From NCBI GenBank assembly GCA_965222375.1, contig CBDCTZ010000015.1:64001-128000 (forward strand): DNA of 64,000 bases, read 5' to 3'. Made by a program: the position numbers and the translations under genes. Origin of the DNA: Polyangiaceae bacterium (GTDB taxonomy: Bacteria > Myxococcota_A > Polyangia > Polyangiales > Polyangiaceae). The notes below the pieces were generated by a model. That model saw only the letters and a program-made list of their open reading frames with translations. It did no database searches and was not told the origin of the DNA. Below, one piece after another: positions 18,763 through 27,370 of the stretch (position 1 is the stretch's first letter; each line of letters starts with the position of its first letter).

Positions 18763-20079
18763 ATGAGGCGCTTCGGCTACGTGCTCTTGCTGGGTTTGGT
18801 GACCCTTTTGGTCGCCCCACGTGCGTTTTCTGCGCCCGAATTGAAAACCCACACGGTCTACCCCGGGCAGACCCTCGGAGGCATCGCCAAGCGCTACAAC
18901 GTCGGAATCGCAGCCCTGTGCCGCGCCAACGGAATCAAGCGCAAGAAACCTATCGTGCCCAAGCAGCGCTTGGTCATCCCTCCGACCAATGACAAGGACG
19001 GGCGCAGCACCGCCGCCCTAGCTTTGAAGCTGAAGAAAACCGCGAAGTCTTCCAAAGATGCCAAGCATGGAAACAAGGCAGCGGGGCGGAAGGCGCGCGC
19101 CTCGAGCAAGGGCGCCAAGCGGGCTGAAGCGAAGGCGAAAGCGCGAAAGAGGGCGGGGCGCGAAGCCGCAAAGTCGCACGCGAAACGAAAGGCCGCTCAG
19201 CAGGCGAAACGCCGCGCGGAAAAGGCACGCGCAAAGCGAAAGGCCGCCGAGCAGGCGAAACGCCACGCCGAGAAAGCTAGGGCCAAGCGCAAAGCGAAAA
19301 AACTCGCTCAGCGCAAGGCGAAGAAGCGCGCGGCAAAGGCACGGAAGAAGCGCAACGCCGCACGAAAGCGCAAGGCCGCGCTCCTCGCGAAGAAGAAGCG
19401 CGACGCCAAGAGAAAAGCGGCGGCCCGCAAGTCGCCGAAATACGCCAAGCGCCCAAAGCGCAAGGGGTACCTGCGGCTCAGAGGAACGGGCGCGAGTTGG
19501 AAGGGGCTGGCGATCGACCGCAAAGGTCGCGTGCGAAAGAAAGCAGAAGCGGGAGTTGCCAAAGCGTTAGCGTCGTGGCGAACGGGCAGGCGTGAGCACA
19601 TCAACCGTCGGCTGATCCGGATGCTTGTCCGGGTCAGCGATCATTTCGGCGGCCGACCGATCCGCGTGGTGAGCGGCTACCGTCCTTTCCGTCCTGGCCA
19701 GTACACGCCCCACTCACGCCACAATGAAGGGCGTGCGGTGGACTTCTTCGTCCCCGGGGTCCCCAACGAAGTCGTGCGCGACTTCTGCCGCAAGCTGCCC
19801 AACGTCGGCGTCGGGTACTACCCGAATTCGACCTTCGTTCACTTGGACGTGCGCGGGGTTCGTACTTATTGGATCGACTATTCTGGCCCGGGAGAGCCAC
19901 CGCGTTATGCCAACGGCTCCGGCAGGGACCCCGGGCGCAAGAAGCCAAAAGTCCGCCCAAAAGCGAAGGCGACACCCAAGGTCGAAGCAAAGCCTGACCC
20001 CACGCAGAGCAAGCCCGAGGACGCGCCCCCACCAAAGCGCGGCGCCCGGAAAGACAAGCCGCAGCCCAATCGAGGCTGA
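18763..20079 (+). CDS. LysM domain + Lys/Ala/Arg-rich spacer + YcbK/DUF882 (peptidase M15) protein
   Basis: Signal peptide; HTVYPGQTLGGIAKRYNV; SGYR...HSRHNEGRAVD...FVHLD. Confidence 0.88.
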   Translation: MRRFGYVLLLGLVTLLVAPRAFSAPELKTHTVYPGQTLGGIAKRYNVGIAALCRANGIKRKKPIVPKQRLVIPPTNDKDGRSTAALALKLKKTAKSSKDAKHGNKAAGRKARASSKGAKRAEAKAKARKRAGREAAKSHAKRKAAQQAKRRAEKARAKRKAAEQAKRHAEKARAKRKAKKLAQRKAKKRAAKARKKRNAARKRKAALLAKKKRDAKRKAAARKSPKYAKRPKRKGYLRLRGTGASWKGLAIDRKGRVRKKAEAGVAKALASWRTGRREHINRRLIRMLVRVSDHFGGRPIRVVSGYRPFRPGQYTPHSRHNEGRAVDFFVPGVPNEVVRDFCRKLPNVGVGYYPNSTFVHLDVRGVRTYWIDYSGPGEPPRYANGSGRDPGRKKPKVRPKAKATPKVEAKPDPTQSKPEDAPPPKRGARKDKPQPNRG

Positions 20080-20085
20080 ATCGAC

Positions 20086-20424
20086 TCAGCGCCTCGTGCG
20101 TTTGCGACGAACGTTGGCGTCGGGTTCGGTACGAACGATGGCGTTGCTGGCTTGCTCGCGATAGCGCACCTGTAGTGTGAGCTTGCCCGCGGACAACAAA
20201 CCGGCGTCCGGATCGTACAGGTATCGGATCTCGCGAATCTCGCCGCGAGCCGTCGCCGCCGCCGCGTCATCGGAATCATCGAGCACCCACTCCCCTAGCC
20301 TGTCCGGCAATGGCTCCAGCTTGCCTAGGCGCTGATCCGCAAAGCCAGGAACGAAGCGCATCATCAGGCTCACATATATGGCGATGGCAACAACTGCGAG
20401 AAGGATCAAAAAGCCAACCAACAC
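20086..20424 (-). CDS. hypothetical membrane protein
   Basis: N-terminal TM helix; fills the gap between converging genes. Confidence 0.6.
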   Translation of the reverse strand: MLVGFLILLAVVAIAIYVSLMMRFVPGFADQRLGKLEPLPDRLGEWVLDDSDDAAAATARGEIREIRYLYDPDAGLLSAGKLTLQVRYREQASNAIVRTEPDANVRRKRTRR

Positions 20425-20449
20425 TGGCCAGACTCCCGGGATTTGGGGC

Positions 20450-21112
20450 TCAGCTACATAGGGCTTCGAGCTGCGGCCGCCAGCTGGGCGAGTCGCAGGT
20501 CAGAGCGAAAGTTGCTTGCCCGTTGGGATTGGGCCCGTGGGTGCAAACACATTGCAGCCCGCCGCCTTGAGGCGCACATTTGCCGCCCCAGTCGTCGCAC
20601 TGAATGCTGCAAAAACCGTTGGGGCCACCCCCTACACTGCAGTTGTTGCTACCGGAGATGCAGCTCGCAAACTTTGTCAGCACCGGATCGCATTCTGGAG
20701 CAACTTCGATTTCGTTGTTCCCCGGGGAGCAACTGAGCGGGCGGCCGAGCGCACAGTCGATGACGTCTTCAAACTCCTTGAAGCAGCCCTCCTTGGCGGC
20801 GACCTCGGCAGCCTGCTCCACTTCTTCTTCACAATCCGGCGGCGGACACGGCAGCTTGAGGGTCTTGTCGCAGAATGCCTTGGTCTTCTGCTCGAAGCTC
20901 AGGCCACCACCCGCGCCACCGGTGCTGGCTCCGCCGGTACTCGCACCGCCGGTGCTGACGCCTCCCGTGCCGACACCGCCGTTGCCCGCACCGCCGCTGC
21001 TGCTTCCACCGGTAGCTGTGCCTCCGCCGCTGCTCGGCGGGTCGATTGACTCGGTTTTTCCGCCGCAGCCGGCAAACACCAATAGCAACGCACTGACAAA
21101 TCTAGGGCTCAT
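20450..21112 (-). CDS. Gly-rich-linker Cys-rich lipoprotein
   Basis: FAGC lipobox, (STGGA)n, many Cys. Confidence 0.75.
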   Translation of the reverse strand: MSPRFVSALLLVFAGCGGKTESIDPPSSGGGTATGGSSSGGAGNGGVGTGGVSTGGASTGGASTGGAGGGLSFEQKTKAFCDKTLKLPCPPPDCEEEVEQAAEVAAKEGCFKEFEDVIDCALGRPLSCSPGNNEIEVAPECDPVLTKFASCISGSNNCSVGGGPNGFCSIQCDDWGGKCAPQGGGLQCVCTHGPNPNGQATFALTCDSPSWRPQLEALCS

Positions 21113-21226
21113 CGAAAAGCTTGCTCCACGACAGCCCAGACGCGCGAGCTGCAGCATGCAGCTTGACACACACCGAGACAGCCTCGCAATCCGAGCGCAA
21201 AAGTCAGCCCGTGGTATCCTTCACCC

Positions 21227-22504
21227 ATGGGTCTGCGTGCACTCGTCGCGAGCGCGGTGGCTGGGATAGCACTGGCGGCGGCATGTGGTGGCGATGATTT
21301 CACAGGGGTAGGCAGCGGCGGCACCGCAGGTGACGCCGGCCCGGGCGGTAGCGCTGGGCAAGGGGGAGCTGCCGGCTCATCGGCGTGCGCTCAGGGAGCC
21401 AAGCTGTGCAACGGCGCGTGTGTCTCCCTGGACGACCCGGCGTACGGGTGTTCTCTTTCGCAATGCCAGGGATGCTCCTTGCCCCATGCTACACCGCAGT
21501 GTGAGAGCGGCGCGTGCAGCATTTTGGCATGTGCAAAAGGCTTCAAAGACTGCAGACCTGGTACGCCCGGCTGCGAAACCAACATTGGCACCGCGTCGGA
21601 TTGCGGCGACTGCGACAAGGACTGTGCGCCGGGGCAGGTTTGCCTCAACGGTGCTTGCGCGGCGGACTGCGGCTCATTGACCAAGTGCGGCAGGGAGTGC
21701 GCAGATCTGACCAGCAACCTGAGTCACTGCGGCAAATGCGACAACCCTTGCCCAGCGTCGATTCCGAACGCGACTCCCAGGTGCGAAACCGGCACGTGCG
21801 ACTTCGATTGCACGGCTGGCTTCGCGGATTGCGGACCTTCGGAAGGCTGCGAGACGGACATCAACAACGACCCGAAGCATTGCGGGGGGTGCGCAAAGCC
21901 CTGCAAGACTGGCCCAACCGACGGGGTGGGCGAAGTGTGCCTCAACGGCACGTGCGGCTGTGGGCCGGGTTTGACGGGTTGCTCCATATCGGGAGGTGGC
22001 GTCGCGTGTGTCAACACCCAGACGGACCCCACGCGCTGCGGTGACTGTAGCACAGCGTGCCTCCCGGGGGAGATGTGTGACACCAGCGTGTGCAGCATTC
22101 CCAAGTGCGCCTACGGGCTCAAGTACTGTTTCAGCAAGTGCGTGAGCACTCCATCAGATCCCAACAACTGTGGCGCCTGCGGCAACAAGTGCGACAAGAC
22201 CCAGATATGCATTGCGGGTCAGTGCAAGCCTGGCTCAAGTACGGCCTGTGGGTTGCCTTCGATGATCTGCAAGCTGTCCAGCACGAATCTGGGTGCCGGT
22301 TGCGCCATGCTCGAGTCCGACGCGCAACACTGCGGTGGATGCAACAAACCCTGCAGCCCGGGCCAAGCTTGCCTCGACGGCATGTGCAAGAAAGTCCCCT
22401 ACGCGGCCGAGAAGTGGCAATGCCCGAACATCGCCTGCCCGATTCCCCAAAACTGGCCAGTGCGCCCGGGCAACTTCTTCTGCTCGGACGTACCCTGCCC
22501 CTGA
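21227..22504 (+). CDS. Cys-rich repeat lipoprotein (MXAN_6577/STIG1-like repeats)
   Basis: LAAAC lipobox; repeated D(P)xxCGxCxxxC motifs. Confidence 0.85.
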   Translation: MGLRALVASAVAGIALAAACGGDDFTGVGSGGTAGDAGPGGSAGQGGAAGSSACAQGAKLCNGACVSLDDPAYGCSLSQCQGCSLPHATPQCESGACSILACAKGFKDCRPGTPGCETNIGTASDCGDCDKDCAPGQVCLNGACAADCGSLTKCGRECADLTSNLSHCGKCDNPCPASIPNATPRCETGTCDFDCTAGFADCGPSEGCETDINNDPKHCGGCAKPCKTGPTDGVGEVCLNGTCGCGPGLTGCSISGGGVACVNTQTDPTRCGDCSTACLPGEMCDTSVCSIPKCAYGLKYCFSKCVSTPSDPNNCGACGNKCDKTQICIAGQCKPGSSTACGLPSMICKLSSTNLGAGCAMLESDAQHCGGCNKPCSPGQACLDGMCKKVPYAAEKWQCPNIACPIPQNWPVRPGNFFCSDVPCP

Positions 22505-22513
22505 GCGTCGAAC

Positions 22514-23710
22514 TCAACGCCCGAAGTCGTCATCCAAGCTTTCCACGTAGCTGACTACCTTGGGGATCTCGTCCGGCAAGAGCCCCCGAAGAAAGATGTG
22601 CCAGGGGTCCCGACGCACCATCGCGTCGCACACCGGCAGGTACCAGGAGCGCGTGGGATTGTCGGCGCGGGTTCGCCAGAACAATCGCTCGAAGTCGCGC
22701 GTCAGCTGCGTCCAAAGATCCCGTCCCAAGCCGTCGCCCCGAGCAGCTGGCACCACGGCAAACTTGGAGAGGTAGGGGCCATTCGGGCTTGCGCACACGA
22801 CGGCAGCCCCTCGGTAGTCCTGCTCCACGTACACCGCCAGCGGCGACGAACCGAAGAAACTCCGGTCGAGCTTTCGGACGAAGCTCTCTTCAAAGATCTG
22901 GGCCAGGCGGTCTTCATCGAGCCCCTCGAAGGAATCGTGGCGCTGGATATCGCTGCCCGGTTTGATAAGCGTTCCGGCGCCGCGCACTGTGAAGAGTTCG
23001 CGCAGCAGATCCATGGGCGACGTCACGTTGATCGTCAGCCCCGAGATCTGAGCCATCAACTCTTGCGCCAGGCTCAACAGGTGCCGATCCGCCTTGCCGA
23101 GTAACGTGCCGTGGAGCAGCTCCGCGTCTGTCTTGAGATTGACCAGCGAAAGCGTGTTGCCATCCAGCGCAAGCCGCCACTTCGTAGCGTGGGCCACGCG
23201 ACGTTCGCCTCGGAGCGCAAAGCCGCCGCGCCAACGTACGAGCACCAGCTTGCGGGTACTCAAGTCCGATGCGGTTCGCCCAAGCCAAGCCAGCCTGTCG
23301 GCAACATCTGGGGCGCTGAGCACGACCACCGGAATCGTCCCCGACTTCAAGTGGGCCGCAAGGGTGTTCGAGTCGACTAACGCAGCATCGTAGCGCGCGG
23401 CAGTGACACCGACTTGTTCCAGGCGCCGCAGCAAGCGGTCCGCGCTAGCATTCGACACCACGGGATCGAGCAGGCCCAAGGCCACGGGTGTGGCTAGGCC
23501 CAACTCCGAGAGGAAGCGGAGCTGCTCGACGAATCCAGCAAGACCTTGGCGGACAACCGCCGCCCCAGGCAGCGTGATTGCGAAGCTTTCTTTGGGTAGG
23601 TTGCGAAAAAGCTGAAGGTAGAAATCGGCTTCGCCGTGCTTCCCAGCGCTCTCCAAGAAACGAAGCACGGCCTCTGCGGCGGGCGGTGGGGGAGAGGGGG
23701 AACTGGTCAT
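22514..23710 (-). CDS. N-acetylglutamate synthase/kinase-like protein (AAK-like + DUF619 NAT domain)
   Basis: ELFTVRGAGTLI linker; YLSKFAV..ARGDGLGRDLW, LFWR...NP...WY. Confidence 0.8.
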   Translation of the reverse strand: MTSSPSPPPPAAEAVLRFLESAGKHGEADFYLQLFRNLPKESFAITLPGAAVVRQGLAGFVEQLRFLSELGLATPVALGLLDPVVSNASADRLLRRLEQVGVTAARYDAALVDSNTLAAHLKSGTIPVVVLSAPDVADRLAWLGRTASDLSTRKLVLVRWRGGFALRGERRVAHATKWRLALDGNTLSLVNLKTDAELLHGTLLGKADRHLLSLAQELMAQISGLTINVTSPMDLLRELFTVRGAGTLIKPGSDIQRHDSFEGLDEDRLAQIFEESFVRKLDRSFFGSSPLAVYVEQDYRGAAVVCASPNGPYLSKFAVVPAARGDGLGRDLWTQLTRDFERLFWRTRADNPTRSWYLPVCDAMVRRDPWHIFLRGLLPDEIPKVVSYVESLDDDFGR

Positions 23711-23852
23711 TCGATGGCTGTTTTTTTGGCCGGCGAGGGCTAGCACCCTAATTCCATCGCTTCGACACGCAATACCTTCGTGATCCGCCGCAAATTCCCG
23801 GACTTGGGACAGGTTGCGTCGTGCCTCGCATCTTTTGTTTATCATCCCTGCC

Positions 23853-25607
23853 ATGCACGTTGGGTTGGTGACGGCTCCAGGGGTCCTTGGCCAATTCGTC
23901 TCGCGTGCCATCGAGCCAGCAGGGCACAGTCTGGCGATCGCTCCGGACTTAGACGCCCTGCTCGAGCAAAGCGAAGCCCCAGTTCAGGTGGTTCTCTTTG
24001 CGCCTGTCGTCGATGGAATGCCCGCAGCGGACGCGCTCACACGCGCTCAGAGTAGCGGCGTCGCGCCAGAACGCGCCGTGTACCTGGGCCTCGACGTGCG
24101 GAGCTGCGAAGAAGCCCGGCAGGCGGGTTTCCTCCAGGCCATCCAGCTGCCCTTTCAGGCACAGGAACTCCTTCGAGTGATCGAGTCATCGGCCGAAGGA
24201 AAGCTGACGGTTCTGTTGGTGGATGATAGCGAGCTGATTCACAAGCACACGGTTCCGCTTCTCACTGAAGCGGGCTACCGGGTCGAAGAAGCCTGGGACG
24301 GCAAGGATGCCCTCGCGCAAATAGAGGCCGCCCGCCCAGACCTGGTGTTGACGGACGTGGAAATGCCGGAAATGGACGGCTTCACCCTGTGCCAGACCCT
24401 GAAAGAGAGCGAGGCGACCGCCAGTATTCCCGTGGTGATCTGCTCATCTTTGGGGGAAACCGCCGACTTGGAGAAGGGCTTTGACGCAGGTGCGGACGAC
24501 TACCTGGTCAAGCCAGTGGTCCCCGAGGAGTTGGTCAGCCGCCTGCACGCGCTGCTTGCGACGCGCATGATCAGCGCTCGCGAACACGTCCTGGTCGTAG
24601 ACGACTCCGCCGCGGTTCGCCACCTCGTCGCGGACTGCCTACGCCGCCAGGGGTTCCGCATCGACACTGCCGTGGACGGCCAGGACGGTCTCGACAAGGC
24701 CGTTGCCGAGCCACCAGATCTCGTGCTGACCGACTACGACATGCCTCGGATGACGGGTTTTCAATTCGTCCATGCCCTGCGCCGAGACGACAGCACCAGG
24801 GATGTGCCCATCGTGATGCTGACCGCGCGGGATACGCGACGCGACCAGGCGCAGATGCGCGCTGCCGGCCTCACCAGCTACTTGGTGAAACCATTCTCGA
24901 CAGACAAGTGCATCGCCATCGTGGAGCGGGTACTGGCCGAATCCCGACTCTCTCGCTACAAAGAGGCCAGCCGCCTATACATCAGTGAGGGTGCTGTCCG
25001 CGCAGCGGAGGAGCTTTCCATGAGCGGCGTGAAAGGGGAAGTTCGCGCCAAAGAGGTCGACGCGACCCTGCTTTTCTCCGACATCTCGGGGTTTACAAGC
25101 ATGAGTTCTCGCATGAGTCCGAAGGATGTCGTGGCCATATTGAACGAAGCCTTCGACGCCCTGTGCATCGTCATCCGCGATCAGGGCGGAGACATCGACA
25201 AGTTCATCGGCGACGCAATCATGGCGGTGTTCGAGGATCGACCGGACCGCGATGAACCTCACGCACTTCGCGCGGTGCGCGCGGCTTGGGGCATGCAGCA
25301 GGCGCTAACGCGCTTCAATGCGAACCGGGAGAAGCCGCTAATCATGCGCATCGGGCTCAACGCGGGGCCAGTGGTACGGGGCGATATTGGCTCACGCTTC
25401 GTGCGCCGCGATTACACCTGCATTGGGGACGTCGTGAACCGAGCCCAGCGCCACGAGTCGAAAGCGCCGCTCGGTGGAGTCCTCATGAGCATGAGCGTGT
25501 ACGACCGAGTCAAGAAGCTGGTTCAGGCCGAAGAGATGACGGGCCTGACGTTCAAGGGAATCGACGAGCCGCAGAGCGCGTTCGTGCTACAGGGATTCAA
25601 AGAGTGA
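23853..25607 (+). CDS. multi-receiver class III adenylate cyclase
   Basis: Degenerate REC + two intact REC (VDDS/LTD/KP); FSDISGFT, DKFIGDAIM, DYTCIGDVVNRAQR. Confidence 0.9.
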   Translation: MHVGLVTAPGVLGQFVSRAIEPAGHSLAIAPDLDALLEQSEAPVQVVLFAPVVDGMPAADALTRAQSSGVAPERAVYLGLDVRSCEEARQAGFLQAIQLPFQAQELLRVIESSAEGKLTVLLVDDSELIHKHTVPLLTEAGYRVEEAWDGKDALAQIEAARPDLVLTDVEMPEMDGFTLCQTLKESEATASIPVVICSSLGETADLEKGFDAGADDYLVKPVVPEELVSRLHALLATRMISAREHVLVVDDSAAVRHLVADCLRRQGFRIDTAVDGQDGLDKAVAEPPDLVLTDYDMPRMTGFQFVHALRRDDSTRDVPIVMLTARDTRRDQAQMRAAGLTSYLVKPFSTDKCIAIVERVLAESRLSRYKEASRLYISEGAVRAAEELSMSGVKGEVRAKEVDATLLFSDISGFTSMSSRMSPKDVVAILNEAFDALCIVIRDQGGDIDKFIGDAIMAVFEDRPDRDEPHALRAVRAAWGMQQALTRFNANREKPLIMRIGLNAGPVVRGDIGSRFVRRDYTCIGDVVNRAQRHESKAPLGGVLMSMSVYDRVKKLVQAEEMTGLTFKGIDEPQSAFVLQGFKE

Positions 25608-25609
25608 AC

Positions 25610-26206
25610 ATGAGAATACAACGGGTCAAGGGTTGTGGATGGTTTCGGTTGCGTCCGACAGCGCTGTGCGCCGTGGCGCTGGTGGGTTTGTTCGTCTACG
25701 CCAATCAAGCTGGTGCGGGTCCCTCCAAGGCCAGCCGCTACCCCTACGATCCGGTGTGTAGCTGGGGGCGTATAGCCAACGGCAAAGGAATGCTGGTGCG
25801 CTGCCTCACGAAGGCCGAGGCCAGCCGCCTCGCCAAGTCTCCGGGTGCCGCTCCATCACCGACAAGCGCGCCCACAGCCGGAGGGCCGCTGAAGGCAGAT
25901 GTGGTTCGAGTCAGCGTGGACCAAGGCAAGCTGCCCGCCGCCCAAAAGAAGCTGCGCGAAGCGAACGTTCGCTTCGCGCAATGTGTCGAAAAGGAAGGTG
26001 GTCTGTCAGGACGCCGTGCCGAAGTCCACGTGCGTTTTCTGGTACGGGCCCGGGGGCGCGCCGAAGGAGTCAGCGTTGCCAAACGCGTCGGCGTCGGCGA
26101 AGCGGCCGCGCGCTGCGTCGCACACGTGGTCGACCGCCGCTGGGTCGGATCCCCTGCAGCGCCCATCGTGGCCGGGACCGTCGTAATCCGATTGGAAAAG
26201 CGCTGA
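25610..26206 (+). CDS. secreted hypothetical protein (possible TonB-C/AgmX-like C-terminal domain)
   Basis: Signal peptide; F.QC....VRFLV...G......A.CV pattern; starts 2 nt after the cyclase stop. Confidence 0.6.
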   Translation: MRIQRVKGCGWFRLRPTALCAVALVGLFVYANQAGAGPSKASRYPYDPVCSWGRIANGKGMLVRCLTKAEASRLAKSPGAAPSPTSAPTAGGPLKADVVRVSVDQGKLPAAQKKLREANVRFAQCVEKEGGLSGRRAEVHVRFLVRARGRAEGVSVAKRVGVGEAAARCVAHVVDRRWVGSPAAPIVAGTVVIRLEKR

Positions 26207-26311
26207 CGGCTGGCGCGGCTCCCTGCTTCTCCGAAATCTTCTTTAATATCAAACTGTTAGGAAAAGAACTCCGCAGGCAGCGGCGCTCGCCATTCAGGGT
26301 ACAGTGCGAAC

Positions 26312-27367
26312 GTGGCCGTACGCGTTCTAGTGGTGGACGACTCCGCCTTCATGCGCGGGGCAATAACGCGCGCCCTGAGTAGTGACGAACGTTTCGACAT
26401 CGTGGGCCAAGCGGCAGACGGAACGCGCGCGGTTGAAATGGCGCTCGACTTGAAGCCGGACGTAATCACCATGGACTTCAACATGCCCGGCATGAATGGC
26501 GCGGAGGCCACCCGCGCTATCCTCGCCGAGCGCGGCCAACCCATCGTGATGCTCTCTGCGCACACGCGCGAGGGCGCAACAGCCACCATCGAGGCACTGG
26601 CCGCAGGCGCTGTGGATTTCGTCGAAAAACCAGATGGCGAAATCAGCGCAAACTTGAGTGGCATCCGCGAAGCACTCATAGAAAAGCTCTTGAACGCGGC
26701 CGGAGCAAACGTCCGCGGAGGCGCCCCTGCGTCGTTGCCCCTTTCCGAGCCTCTCTCTTCCACACGACGTGCCGCACGCGTGGCGGAGCGCGCCATGCCC
26801 GCCGGACAACGGCTGGTCGTCGTGGCGGCATCCACAGGCGGCCCCGCGGCTCTCGTCCAGTTGCTTCCGACCCTGAGGCTCGAGAAGATGGGTAGCCTGC
26901 TGATCGTGCAACACATGTCGGCGGGGTTCACGGAGGCGCTCGCAGCTCAGCTTTCGGAGCGAGCGGGCTATGCGGTAAGGGAAGCTGCAGATGGAGAAGA
27001 GCTCACGCCCGGTTCGGCCTGGGTGGCCCCCGGGGGCTGTCACTTGCTGGTGGAGAGAACCGGGCGTCTCTCGCTGTCCGACGCGGCGCCGGTACACGGC
27101 GTTCGACCCGCTGCGGACGTCACGTTCAAAAGCGCGGCTCAGGCCTACGGTGGGCGTACCGTTGGAGCCGTGCTCACGGGCATGGGCCGGGACGGCGCCA
27201 TGGGTCTTGCAGCCATCAAGTCTGCCGGGGGCAGAACCTTGGCCCAGGACAAAGCGTCATCCACGGTGTTTGGCATGCCGCGGGCAGCAGTCGAGTTGGG
27301 CGTGGTTGATGAAGTCATGCCCCTGACTCGTGTCGGCCGCGCCATCACCAAGCTAGTGACAGGCTGA
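26312..27367 (+). CDS. cheB: chemotaxis-type protein-glutamate methylesterase (REC-CheB)
   Basis: VLVVDDSAFMR; ASTGGP, VQHM, LTGMGRDG triad. Confidence 0.95.
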   Translation: MAVRVLVVDDSAFMRGAITRALSSDERFDIVGQAADGTRAVEMALDLKPDVITMDFNMPGMNGAEATRAILAERGQPIVMLSAHTREGATATIEALAAGAVDFVEKPDGEISANLSGIREALIEKLLNAAGANVRGGAPASLPLSEPLSSTRRAARVAERAMPAGQRLVVVAASTGGPAALVQLLPTLRLEKMGSLLIVQHMSAGFTEALAAQLSERAGYAVREAADGEELTPGSAWVAPGGCHLLVERTGRLSLSDAAPVHGVRPAADVTFKSAAQAYGGRTVGAVLTGMGRDGAMGLAAIKSAGGRTLAQDKASSTVFGMPRAAVELGVVDEVMPLTRVGRAITKLVTG

Positions 27368-27370
27368 GCT

